DNA from: Holosporales bacterium
GTDB taxonomy: Bacteria > Pseudomonadota > Alphaproteobacteria > Paracaedibacterales > CANFPP01
Assembly (NCBI GenBank): GCA_947449005.1
Contig: CANFPP010000001.1
Span: forward strand, 8,442-72,441
Direction of reading: 5' to 3'
Length of the DNA: 64,000 bases
Shown: piece by piece, positions 33,501 through 41,488 of the stretch
Layout of the letters: every line of letters starts with the position of its first letter
Numbering within the stretch: position 1 is the first letter of the stretch
Notes under the pieces: generated by a model
The model's input: only the letters and a program-made list of their open reading frames with translations
What the model was told of the DNA's origin: nothing
Databases searched by the model: none
Program-made: the position numbers and the translations under genes

Positions 33501-36500
33501 ATCGCTGACAAACTCATCGAAGACGCTCGTATCGCTAAAGAAATCGAAGATAAGAGAATCGCTGATAAACTCATCGAAGATGCTCGTATCGCTAAGGAAA
33601 TAGAAGACAAGAGAATCGCTGATAAACTCATCGAAGATGCTCGTATCGCTAAAGAAATCGCTTCTAAAAAAACAATCGTCGATAACTTCAGATCTTTCAC
33701 TAAAGTTAAAAAAGCTAAAGCTAAACTTGCTGAGCTTAAAACGGCTGAAGTGTTAAGACTTGAAAACGTCAGAATTGAAAAAGAAACCGCAATTAATGCT
33801 CTAAAAGACAAAGTCCTTCAAGATGCTATCGCCGCAAATCTCCTTCATGAAGCTGACGAAGAGCGTAGAACTCAAATAGATCTGCAAGTCAAAGCTGAAA
33901 AAGCAAGACTCGTTGATCTCGAAGTGGCAGCCTTAGAACAACTAAGAGCAGATGAAGATAGACTCGCTAAACTTGATGCTCAAAATGAGAAAGAAACTGA
34001 ACTCGCTGAAATCGAAGATCAAAGGCTTAAAAACAAAAAACTCAAAAAAGCTGCTCAATTAGAGAGAAGAGCACAAAGAAGAGATGCTGCTGAAGCACAA
34101 AAACTCTCTCAAGAGCAAGCAAGAGAAGAACTTGAAAGAAATAATCTCGAAATTCAAGAAACACAACAAAAACAAACTGAGAAACTTAATACAGCTAAAA
34201 CAACTGTAGCTCAAAAATTACAAGATCTCATTAAAGTTAAAAAAGCCAGAAAACAACTTCAAACAGCTCGTGACGCAGCGACAACGATTCAATCCGCTTG
34301 GAGAATGAAGTCTGATCAATCTGCTTTCAGTGATCTCAAAGATGCGGTTAAAACCCTGCAAAACAAACAGAGAATGAGCTCAGCTAAAGCGGAACTTGCT
34401 AAACTTAAAGACACTAAACTCAAAGCTGACTCAGCCACAACCATCCAATCCGCTTGGAGAATGAAGTCAGACAAAACCGCTTTCAGCGATCTTAAAGATG
34501 CGGTTACAACCCTGCAAAATAAACAGAGATTGAGTACAGCTAAAGCAGATCTGAAAGCTAAGCGCGCAGAAGAGCAACAAGCATTTTTAGATTCTCTGCT
34601 CGGTGATGAAGAAACAAATACACCAGTAAGCGAAAGTCAGAGAAGACTTAGCGCTAGTCGTTCTGTAGACAAAGCAAACTTCGTTAATACCAGAAGAGGA
34701 AACAATCCCTCGATGAACTATGATGGTTCACCAATAACAAGGGGAGCAACTTTTGAAACTTTTGATTTTGGCACCGAGGATTTTGGCTATGATGGTACTT
34801 TTGGTGACGATATTGAAGGAGAAAGAGATTTTTCAGATAAGGGCACACCTAGAGATTTAAGTGATGATGAGATGTATGTAGGAGCATTACATCACGATGA
34901 TATCTACAGTGCGCCTGGTAACGAAGAATTTGCAGTTCCAAACATAATGAAAAAAGACGGTTCTAAAGAAGGTGCTGCAGAAGCTGAGATTAAAGGCACT
35001 CGCAGCGAAAAAGAAAAAACTGCTGTAGGAACGCGACGCAATTCGGTACCAGCAACACCTACTCAAGGTAAAAAGAAATTGCAAGTACGCCGTAAATCAG
35101 ATTCAACAACAATTGAGCAGCCAAGAGAACAACAAGCATCAACACCTAACACCTCAGGACAGGTTAGTGCGATGAAGAGCAAGTTGTTTGGGCCGAAATC
35201 AGTACGCAAATCTAAAGTGACTGGTAAAGACGAGGCAGCAATGTTTAAAGCTACATTGCCAGATCTTTCTACTATGGGAAGTCGTATCGCAGGAATCGAA
35301 AAATTGCCACTTGTGGACCGTCGTGCCGCGCTCACTAGACTTACTAATGAAATACACCGAGCTGAAGAAGTATTAGCCGTTGAGATAGAAACCCGGGCTT
35401 TTGAAAAGTCACTTCCTGCTGAACGAGCAGAGCTCGCTAAATTAAAAAGTGAAATCGAGAATCTGGAGAGAATAGCAAATGCAGAGGAACGCCGAGCTCT
35501 ATCTGCCGATATCCATAAAAGACTTGATGCAAAAGCAAAAGCAGTAGAGGGAACTGTAAAACGCAGAGAGAGTTTGGGTGCTCCTGCTGTTTCAAGTACC
35601 TCTATTGCTCAAAGTGCTAAACTTGCGGCTCAAACTTCTTCCGCGGAAGCGTCAATTTTTAGCCCAGGCACAGTAAAAGCAGCAGAAGATCTTGATAGAG
35701 CGGCAAAGCTCTATGATCTATCGTTGCAAGCTTATGAAGAGGCTCAACGTGTTGACGGTGAAGATCATGGAAGTCTACCGGCAGAAGGTCCTGTTACATC
35801 AAAATCATTACAGAGAGCAAAGAAAAGACTTCCACAGAATCGATTCACAAGCCCAGATGGTATTGTATTAAGCGATGCACCAACGCCAGATATGGATACC
35901 CCAAACCTCGATGATTTAACCCCTACCCCTGTTCACCAACAAAATGTTCAGAAGAGAAGAGAGTCAATAATCGGCAAAGGCTCAGCTTTAAAAGAAGCTC
36001 ATCAGGTGTTGCATCCTCAACAAGCTCCGGCGTTAAGCCTAAATGAAGAACTTGAGTTGGAAGAAGAACATTTAGAACAAGAAATTGCTGCACCTACTTC
36101 TAGGGCGAGACAACAAACACCTAGAAAACCACAGCATATTGAGGTTCGAAAAAGTATGCTCTCTCCTGATAGTCAGTTTTCTGGGCAAGTTGATGGTAGT
36201 TCAAGTGAGTCTGCTGATGAGAATGATGAATCTGGAATATTTGACCAAGGAGTGGATGATTCATTCACAAGCCCAGGTTCACTCGCAAGTCCGACTGAGG
36301 ATGTCAGATTTGGCGCCAAAGCAAGAGCTGGGTTAGCGAAAAGAAAAACATTATTTGGCCAACCTAAAACCCCAGGTCAGCACGGACAACAAGCTTCTAA
36401 TTCAGATGATGTGTACAACTATTCTCTAGGTAGTCCTGATTTTGTGATTGAAGGAACGCCCGTAAAATCAGTAGATTTTTCCGATAGCCCAAAGGTTGAA

Positions 36501-38021
36501 GAAAAGAAAAAATCAAGCATATCAAGAGCCCTGAAAGAAAAAGTTCGCGGACTCTTTTCTAACCTCGTAGGTGTTGTAAAAGAAGAAATTGCTGAGAGAG
36601 CTGCTGAAAGGGAAGCTGCTACACGTCGCGCTGAAGAGAACAGACGATATGATGCGGAAGAAATAATCCATCTACCTCTAAGTCAAGAAGTAATTGAAGC
36701 AGCTGCAAAAGCAAAAGAAAAAGGCATGACCCGTGATCAACAACTTAGAAAGCAAGGAGCTGATTTTGCAAGGCTTCATGCAGATAGTAAAATTGTTGAA
36801 AGAAAAGTTGGCTATTCTGAAGATCCAACTGATGGTCCTTTTTATAGTTTTTCTAAAGAACTTAGAGATAGTGGCGCTCAAGATAACTTTGAAGAAAGCA
36901 ATTTTCCAAGTAAAGAATTTACAGCTTCAGTATCATTTGATCCAACAGCTGAAATAGCAATAAAGCACTTTGAAAAAGCTATAGAACTTTCTCAACAAAC
37001 ACGTGAATTGTTTGAACAGCTGGCTGTGAGAGAAAAAGAATTGAAAAAAACAATGAAGACACTTCCTCCGCTTGAACAGACTAAGTTACTTATGACCATC
37101 TTGGATGAAAGAGAAGAAGTTCGGAGAACAATCAATCAAGCATACTTAGAATATGATAGAATTAAAAGCTCAATACCTACTGAGCAAAATAATCCATTTT
37201 CTTCAAACAGCAAGGCAGACGCTAGAAGAATCTCGATCATGGGAATCCCAAGTAATGGAGTAAGTTCAGATGCACAATCTACGTCATTCTCATCAGTGTC
37301 TGAAGCGGAAGAACGAGTGAATGAATTGGATAATATTGTAACTGGCTTAAGTCACTCCAGAGCTGAAACTCATGCTCCAACAGTTCGAGCTAAAGATAGA
37401 AATGATGATGCAACTTCATCAGCTTCCAGCAAACAAGAAGAACAAGTAGATGAATTGGGTGATATTGTAACTGGTTTAAATCAACACAGAGTTCAAGCTC
37501 CTTTTCCAACAGTTCATCATCAAAAAACCAAATCTACAGATGATGATGCAGCATCATCCGTTTCTAGCATACAAGAAGAACAAGTGAATGAATTGGATGA
37601 TATTGTAGCTCACTCAAATCAACACAGAGTGCAAGCTCCTGCTGCAATAGCTCATCATCAAGCAAGCAATGATGCAGATGATGATGCTTCATCCGTTTCT
37701 AGCAAAGGAGAAGAGCAGGTAGATGAATTGGGCGATATTATAACTGGCTTAAATCAACACAGAGTGCAAGCTCATGCTGCAACATCTCCTCATCAAACAA
37801 CCCAAGAAGCAGATGATGACACCTCATCTGCTTCCAGCATAGGAGAAGAACAAGTAAATGAATTGGATGACATTGTAACTCACTCAAATCAACACAGAGT
37901 GCAAGCTCCTACTCCAACGGTTCATCATCAAAAAACTGAAGATGCAGACGATGATGATGCCTCATCTGCTTCCAGCATAGGAGAAGAACAAGTAAATGAA
38001 TGGGATGATATTGTAACTTAA
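30597..38021 (+). CDS. Giant (2,474 aa) surface protein: N-terminal inverse-autotransporter-type beta-barrel plus a coiled-coil/repeat passenger
   Basis: Signal peptide ...ALYTSDAAA/A. aa about 40-290 match recalled intimin/invasin beta-domain blocks (FGAGGRWL...ILGMYAFYDRRY...VTVGSEIMSDTWDYRVNVYVP; ...RVYGAYYHFQG; linker LTSLEQRMVEQPMRDID). The remainder is K/E/A-rich coiled coil, 21 x 19-aa repeats, two IQ-like motifs, a long low-complexity region and C-terminal 45-aa repeats. Confidence 0.85.
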   Translation: MFKYFLFNRSLILLSTVSVAALYTSDAAAAMPANEPPKWYPEAHVDLKQGTKRGIAQVGTITPLAQNATSLAYLDLRLMSDTNKAKEGNFGAGGRWLKDGRYILGMYAFYDRRYTELNNVVNQVTVGSEIMSDTWDYRVNVYVPENLSKTIVKETKPEQKTTFAGYTEIQKSTQYLVKEVPLRGLDLEIGRVIPGFPALRVYGAYYHFQGRDGVESVIGGRVRANLKLNKFFSFETEVSRDNVRKEVAFIGMRLTIPLSKNGYKPSTLTSLEQRMVEQPMRDIDAVTNTQNNTQVKKDVIKDNLRHVNEKDDPLADGSAEHPYHIDKTDHLVELGESNEGGGTPETIVWQNGVLIRRADTTDFLHEKFGTSIETALALGKFKKILNRIRLNKEIEARRLQEVKFAKEAAEHEASTKTKAGSFYEAAKAAKAAKDFAEEEEKLKFEKTKYEHFEAQVDLEAAKEATRKAAKDAEHKQQAQAEAAAKHWKETTKKNRLEKERLAREQEEARHVKEEDEARLAALRKEFADAQKIKEAEQKARDSAAAEQRLKDEEAQRKLVEAAQKLKAEQDAENIRRANEAERIRLKKEADALQLEKEKEVEARRQEMIRRAKKIADEEARRVELKRIADKLIEDARIAKEIEDKRIADKLIEDARIAKEIEDKRIADKLIEDARIAKEIEDKRIADKLIEDARIAKEIEDKRIADKLIEDARIAKEIEDKRIADKLIEDARIAKEIEDKRIADKLIEDARIAKEIEDKRIADKLIEDARIAKEIEDKRIADKLIEDARIAKEIEEKRIADKLIEDARIAKEIEEKRIADKLIEDARIAKEIEDKRIADKLIEDARIAKEIEDKRIADKLIEDARIAKEIEDKRIADKLIEDARIAKEIEEKRIADKLIEDARIAKEIEDKRIADKLIEDARIAKEIEDKRIADKLIEDARIAKEIEDKRIADKLIEDARIAKEIEDKRIADKLIEDARIAKEIEDKRIADKLIEDARIAKEIEDKRIADKLIEDARIAKEIASKKTIVDNFRSFTKVKKAKAKLAELKTAEVLRLENVRIEKETAINALKDKVLQDAIAANLLHEADEERRTQIDLQVKAEKARLVDLEVAALEQLRADEDRLAKLDAQNEKETELAEIEDQRLKNKKLKKAAQLERRAQRRDAAEAQKLSQEQAREELERNNLEIQETQQKQTEKLNTAKTTVAQKLQDLIKVKKARKQLQTARDAATTIQSAWRMKSDQSAFSDLKDAVKTLQNKQRMSSAKAELAKLKDTKLKADSATTIQSAWRMKSDKTAFSDLKDAVTTLQNKQRLSTAKADLKAKRAEEQQAFLDSLLGDEETNTPVSESQRRLSASRSVDKANFVNTRRGNNPSMNYDGSPITRGATFETFDFGTEDFGYDGTFGDDIEGERDFSDKGTPRDLSDDEMYVGALHHDDIYSAPGNEEFAVPNIMKKDGSKEGAAEAEIKGTRSEKEKTAVGTRRNSVPATPTQGKKKLQVRRKSDSTTIEQPREQQASTPNTSGQVSAMKSKLFGPKSVRKSKVTGKDEAAMFKATLPDLSTMGSRIAGIEKLPLVDRRAALTRLTNEIHRAEEVLAVEIETRAFEKSLPAERAELAKLKSEIENLERIANAEERRALSADIHKRLDAKAKAVEGTVKRRESLGAPAVSSTSIAQSAKLAAQTSSAEASIFSPGTVKAAEDLDRAAKLYDLSLQAYEEAQRVDGEDHGSLPAEGPVTSKSLQRAKKRLPQNRFTSPDGIVLSDAPTPDMDTPNLDDLTPTPVHQQNVQKRRESIIGKGSALKEAHQVLHPQQAPALSLNEELELEEEHLEQEIAAPTSRARQQTPRKPQHIEVRKSMLSPDSQFSGQVDGSSSESADENDESGIFDQGVDDSFTSPGSLASPTEDVRFGAKARAGLAKRKTLFGQPKTPGQHGQQASNSDDVYNYSLGSPDFVIEGTPVKSVDFSDSPKVEEKKKSSISRALKEKVRGLFSNLVGVVKEEIAERAAEREAATRRAEENRRYDAEEIIHLPLSQEVIEAAAKAKEKGMTRDQQLRKQGADFARLHADSKIVERKVGYSEDPTDGPFYSFSKELRDSGAQDNFEESNFPSKEFTASVSFDPTAEIAIKHFEKAIELSQQTRELFEQLAVREKELKKTMKTLPPLEQTKLLMTILDEREEVRRTINQAYLEYDRIKSSIPTEQNNPFSSNSKADARRISIMGIPSNGVSSDAQSTSFSSVSEAEERVNELDNIVTGLSHSRAETHAPTVRAKDRNDDATSSASSKQEEQVDELGDIVTGLNQHRVQAPFPTVHHQKTKSTDDDAASSVSSIQEEQVNELDDIVAHSNQHRVQAPAAIAHHQASNDADDDASSVSSKGEEQVDELGDIITGLNQHRVQAHAATSPHQTTQEADDDTSSASSIGEEQVNELDDIVTHSNQHRVQAPTPTVHHQKTEDADDDDASSASSIGEEQVNEWDDIVT
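32463..33659 (+). repeat. Perfect-register tandem repeat, 21 x 57 bp (19 aa: E[DE]KRIADKLIEDARIAKEI)
   Basis: Counted directly: 1,197 bp = 21 x 57. The units differ at nine third-codon positions. Unit 1 also differs non-synonymously in codons 1-3 (ELK). Confidence 0.95.
37299..38018 (+). repeat. C-terminal tandem repeat of about 135 bp (45 aa), about 5.3 copies
   Basis: Unit EEQV[ND]EL[DG]DI[VI]T[GH].NQHRVQAP....HHQ....DDD.SS.SS.G. The last partial unit reads EEQVNEWDDIVT-stop. Confidence 0.85.
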
Positions 38022-38087
38022 TTAAAAGAATTCAAGAATAAAATTAAATACAGAATAGATTTAAAAACACAGAATGGAGAACTAAAA

Positions 38088-39572
38088 ATGAAAATTAAAA
38101 ATTTAATATTATTGATGTTATTGAGTTTAAGTTGCTCAATTGCCTCAGATGAGGATGACTCAGGGACTGAAATTGAAGGAGGAAAAGGTCATAATAGATT
38201 AGTAGCTAGAAAAGCTGCATCATCTTCATTTGATGCAGTTGACTTAACAGCGAAATCTAAAACTACATCAAAAATTAGAGGCATTGGCTTTACAAGTCCA
38301 GGGGTAAAGGTACCAAAAGCCGAAGTAACTATAGAGGAACTTGTTGAAACTATTAACTCCAATAATAGCATTCAAAGAAGATACCAACTGGCTCTTTTAA
38401 AAATATTAAAACAAAGCCGCTCAGCAGAAACTGATTGCAGAGGCATTAGATCTGAACTTCAAGCAATACAAGAAGACAATGAAAGAAAATCTGTTGAAAT
38501 AACAATGTTAAGAAAGACACAATCTGAGCATTTTCAGCTAAAGATGAAAGTAAAAGAGTTAGAAGCAAATAGCGCTAGTAATCAATCATTTTTAGATAGT
38601 CTTAAACAATCTTTAGAAGACGTGACAGAAACAAAGATAAGACTGCAGCAAGAGATATCCCAGCTAGAAATAAGAAATGCATTTCTTGAAACTAATTCTC
38701 AAGACCAACAAAAACTTATTCAACAGATAGATTTACTAAGAGGAAGAGTTGAAGAAGATGATGATGGCGAGGAAGACGGAGAAGCAATGTTTGGTTTTGA
38801 AGCTGATAGAATGTCTAATTCTACTGCTTCACGTTCCATTGCTCGCTCTCATTTCACTACTGGCCAATCTTCAAAAAAAGCTACGTTACTTTCTAATATC
38901 ACATATAGAGAGAGCTCTGTAAAACACAGAGAAGGTTCTATAAAACCTCCACGACCAGTAGCTCGTAATTTGGATGGATTTTTTGAAAGCATTATTACAC
39001 ATAGACCAGATTTATTTAATATACATAGAAAAGCAAGTGATTTATTTACAGGAGTTACTGATAGAAGAACCTTTGTATTAGAAACAGCACGAGGAATATC
39101 AGATACATCCAAAGCGACTTTACAAACAGCACTAACTGGTATTTCTGTGAACTTTTTTTCATCAAAAGGAAAACCAGAACTTTCAGGAGATGCAAAGAAA
39201 AAAGTCAAATCATTTACGGAGGCTTTACCAAGTTATCTATCAGGGGCTGATCTAGAATTCGCCACAAAATGTGTGGATCATGTTATTACATACTTCCTCA
39301 CGCAACAACAAAAAGACACAAGAATTACTCTCGATGACTTATATGACATACAAAAAAGTTCAGCAGGTTACACTCTTACTAATAGTGCAGTGCAGAATAA
39401 AGTATTTATGATATCATCAGGATCTATTAGAGAAAACATAATTTTCCAATTGTTTACTAACTCAGATTCGATGACTAGCTCTGAAACATTAAGTCGTTAT
39501 TGGGCTGATACAGCTTATCGCTTTTCAACACCGCAGCCTCAATCTGCCTCATCCGCTAAGGCAGACCTATAA
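38088..39572 (+). CDS. Secreted coiled-coil protein (494 aa), operon partner of the giant protein
   Basis: RBS ggagaa. Signal peptide MKIKNLILLMLLSLSCSIA/S. Central heptad-rich region, acidic EEDDDGEEDGE patch, C-terminal domain of about 230 aa with no recognisable motif. Followed by a strong terminator. Confidence 0.7.
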   Translation: MKIKNLILLMLLSLSCSIASDEDDSGTEIEGGKGHNRLVARKAASSSFDAVDLTAKSKTTSKIRGIGFTSPGVKVPKAEVTIEELVETINSNNSIQRRYQLALLKILKQSRSAETDCRGIRSELQAIQEDNERKSVEITMLRKTQSEHFQLKMKVKELEANSASNQSFLDSLKQSLEDVTETKIRLQQEISQLEIRNAFLETNSQDQQKLIQQIDLLRGRVEEDDDGEEDGEAMFGFEADRMSNSTASRSIARSHFTTGQSSKKATLLSNITYRESSVKHREGSIKPPRPVARNLDGFFESIITHRPDLFNIHRKASDLFTGVTDRRTFVLETARGISDTSKATLQTALTGISVNFFSSKGKPELSGDAKKKVKSFTEALPSYLSGADLEFATKCVDHVITYFLTQQQKDTRITLDDLYDIQKSSAGYTLTNSAVQNKVFMISSGSIRENIIFQLFTNSDSMTSSETLSRYWADTAYRFSTPQPQSASSAKADL

Positions 39573-39592
39573 TATATATAGATCTTTAAAAA

Positions 39593-39622
39593 GATTCCCT
39601 CTCATTTGAGGGAATCTTTTTT
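39593..39622 (+). terminator. Rho-independent terminator of the giant-protein operon
   Basis: GATTCCCTC-tcattt-GAGGGAATC followed by TTTTTT. Confidence 0.8.
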
Positions 39623-39783
39623 CTTATCACAACCATTCATCCCCCCTCTAAAAAGCATCGTTTTGCGGGTTGACATATTGTGGCAAACTTGTCACTATTA
39701 CGAAATATTACAAAATTATCATTTTATTAATCATTTTAATATTTACTAAAATGATATTAAAAACCTAAGTTGGAAGGAAAGTT

Positions 39784-41184
39784 TTGGCGCGGCATTCTCA
39801 TTACGTTAGTATTATCTGCCTTTCGCTCGCAATTATTATATCTGTGCGAGAGTACTATATTGAGCATCAGCTTCAAAATTCACTAGAAGCTCTGGCCAGT
39901 GAGTCTATTGTTTATAACGATTCTGACTACTCTGATTATGAGCCAAATTTCTCTTCTGAACCTGCCCCTGTTAGCGTTCCTGCACCTACTCCAACTGTTA
40001 ATGTTGTTCAAACTGTTTCTGCAAATCAAACTTCTGAAAAGCAGCAACTTTTGCAAGTTGGCAAAGGTGACACACTAGGGTCATTGCTAACAAATATTGG
40101 CATCACTCGCGAGGAAGCTGACAAGGCAACAAAAGCATTAAAAAAAGTTGTTAATTTGACCTCGCTTAAAATTGGCCAGGCAATCGATGTGCGATTTAAA
40201 CAAGAGAGTGACCAAGAGAACTCACACCTAATTTCCATTAGCATTAAACCTAATCTGGAGCACGAAGTTGTCTTGCAAAAAAACACGCAAGGACAATTTA
40301 ATGCAATAAAAAACACTGTGCCTCTCACTAGAACCTTGAAGCGAATCGAAGGAAATGTTCAATCTAATTTTTATTCTGCTGCCTTAAAAAGCGGTGCTCC
40401 TTCAAGCATCGTCAAAGAAGCTGTTAGCGCGCTAAGCTTCAGCATGAATTTCCAACACGGTATTCAAAAAAGTGCACCTTATGAAATCTTATTTGAAGTC
40501 TTTCACGACAAAGAAGGTAATTTTGTTAAAACTGGTGACTTGAAATATGTCGCATTAGCTTCTTCAGGAACTTTGCATCGCGTTTATCACTATAAAACAA
40601 AATCGAGCGCTGGGTATTATAATGCTAAAGGTGAAAGCGTCGCCCGTAGTCTTCTTCAAACACCTATTGATCCTTCCAAAATGCGTGTCACATCCAAATT
40701 TGGCCTTAGGCAACATCCTATAATGGGATACACATGCCAACATAAAGGTGTTGATTTTGGAGCAGCAGCAGGAACAGAAGTTATGTCTGCTGGAGATGGC
40801 GTTGTCACCAAAGCTGGATATTCAGGTAATTACGGCTTGTTAGTAAGAATTAAACATAGTGGTGGGTATGAAACTGTCTATGCTCACTTAAGTAAACTGG
40901 GAACTGGAATACGTCCTGGCGCAGTGGTTCGACAAAAACAAATTATTGGAAAAGTTGGCTCCACCGGTAGAGCGACAGGCCCTCACCTTCACCATGAAGT
41001 TATTCTCAATAATGTGCATATTAATCCACAAAGCATTAAACAACTCCCAACCTTTAAACTAGCTGGAAAAGAACTAGCGCAATTCAATCTTGTGAAAAAA
41101 GAGATCGAAACACAGATCGTTGGAATTCCTTTGAAAAATCAAATTGTTGGACAGCTTACGGATTCAGTAGTTACCGCTGGTTAA
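39784..41184 (+). CDS. M23-family (LytM-type) peptidoglycan endopeptidase with an OapA/LysM-like segment
   Basis: TTG start per track. N-terminal TM helix. VGKGDTLGSLL...IGQAIDV. Catalytic blocks HKGVDFGAAAGTEV, YAHLS, GSTGRATGPHLHHEV. Confidence 0.85.
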   Translation: MARHSHYVSIICLSLAIIISVREYYIEHQLQNSLEALASESIVYNDSDYSDYEPNFSSEPAPVSVPAPTPTVNVVQTVSANQTSEKQQLLQVGKGDTLGSLLTNIGITREEADKATKALKKVVNLTSLKIGQAIDVRFKQESDQENSHLISISIKPNLEHEVVLQKNTQGQFNAIKNTVPLTRTLKRIEGNVQSNFYSAALKSGAPSSIVKEAVSALSFSMNFQHGIQKSAPYEILFEVFHDKEGNFVKTGDLKYVALASSGTLHRVYHYKTKSSAGYYNAKGESVARSLLQTPIDPSKMRVTSKFGLRQHPIMGYTCQHKGVDFGAAAGTEVMSAGDGVVTKAGYSGNYGLLVRIKHSGGYETVYAHLSKLGTGIRPGAVVRQKQIIGKVGSTGRATGPHLHHEVILNNVHINPQSIKQLPTFKLAGKELAQFNLVKKEIETQIVGIPLKNQIVGQLTDSVVTAG

Positions 41185-41236
41185 GGACTTCTTTTCCTAA
41201 TAAAACGAACCCCTCAGTTGTTTTATGCCTTTATAA

Positions 41237-41374
41237 AACAGAGCCTGAATCCCCACCTACGCGTGGATGATGAGTGTAGAGGCTGAAAATAGTTAGCTGG
41301 TGTAACATACGTTATACTCACCATTCTTATTTCACATCGTTCTCATTCTTCGCGAAGGCGGTGTCCAGACTGTT
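41237..41374. mobile_element. MITE-like palindromic element, family A (full copy, divergent core)
   Basis: AACAGAGCCTGAATCCCCACCTACGCGTGGATGATG ... CTCATTCTTCGCGAAGGCGGTGTCCAGACTGTT. Confidence 0.7.
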
Positions 41375-41488
41375 AATAAGTCCAGACCAAAGAAATGTGA
41401 GTCGTTACAGAAAAACAATATTTTCATTTAAGAAATACAAATACATATGGTAAACTTATCAAAATACTTTTAAAGGAGAACTTTCAAC

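Noticed and set aside
32463-33659. Possible CRISPR array, given regularly spaced repeats
   Set aside because: The units are directly abutting 57-bp copies with no unique spacers. They are in-frame inside a coding sequence and have no palindromic CRISPR-repeat structure or adjacent cas genes.
32408-33811. 467-aa minus-strand ORF and 370-aa plus-strand ORF (32491-33603) covering the 57-bp repeats
   Set aside because: These are alternative-frame and antisense read-throughs produced by the perfectly periodic repeat (SSMSLSAILLSSISLAIRA... / SLINSSKMLVSLRKSK...). The frame continuous with the 2,474-aa ORF is the only one embedded in a long non-repetitive ORF.
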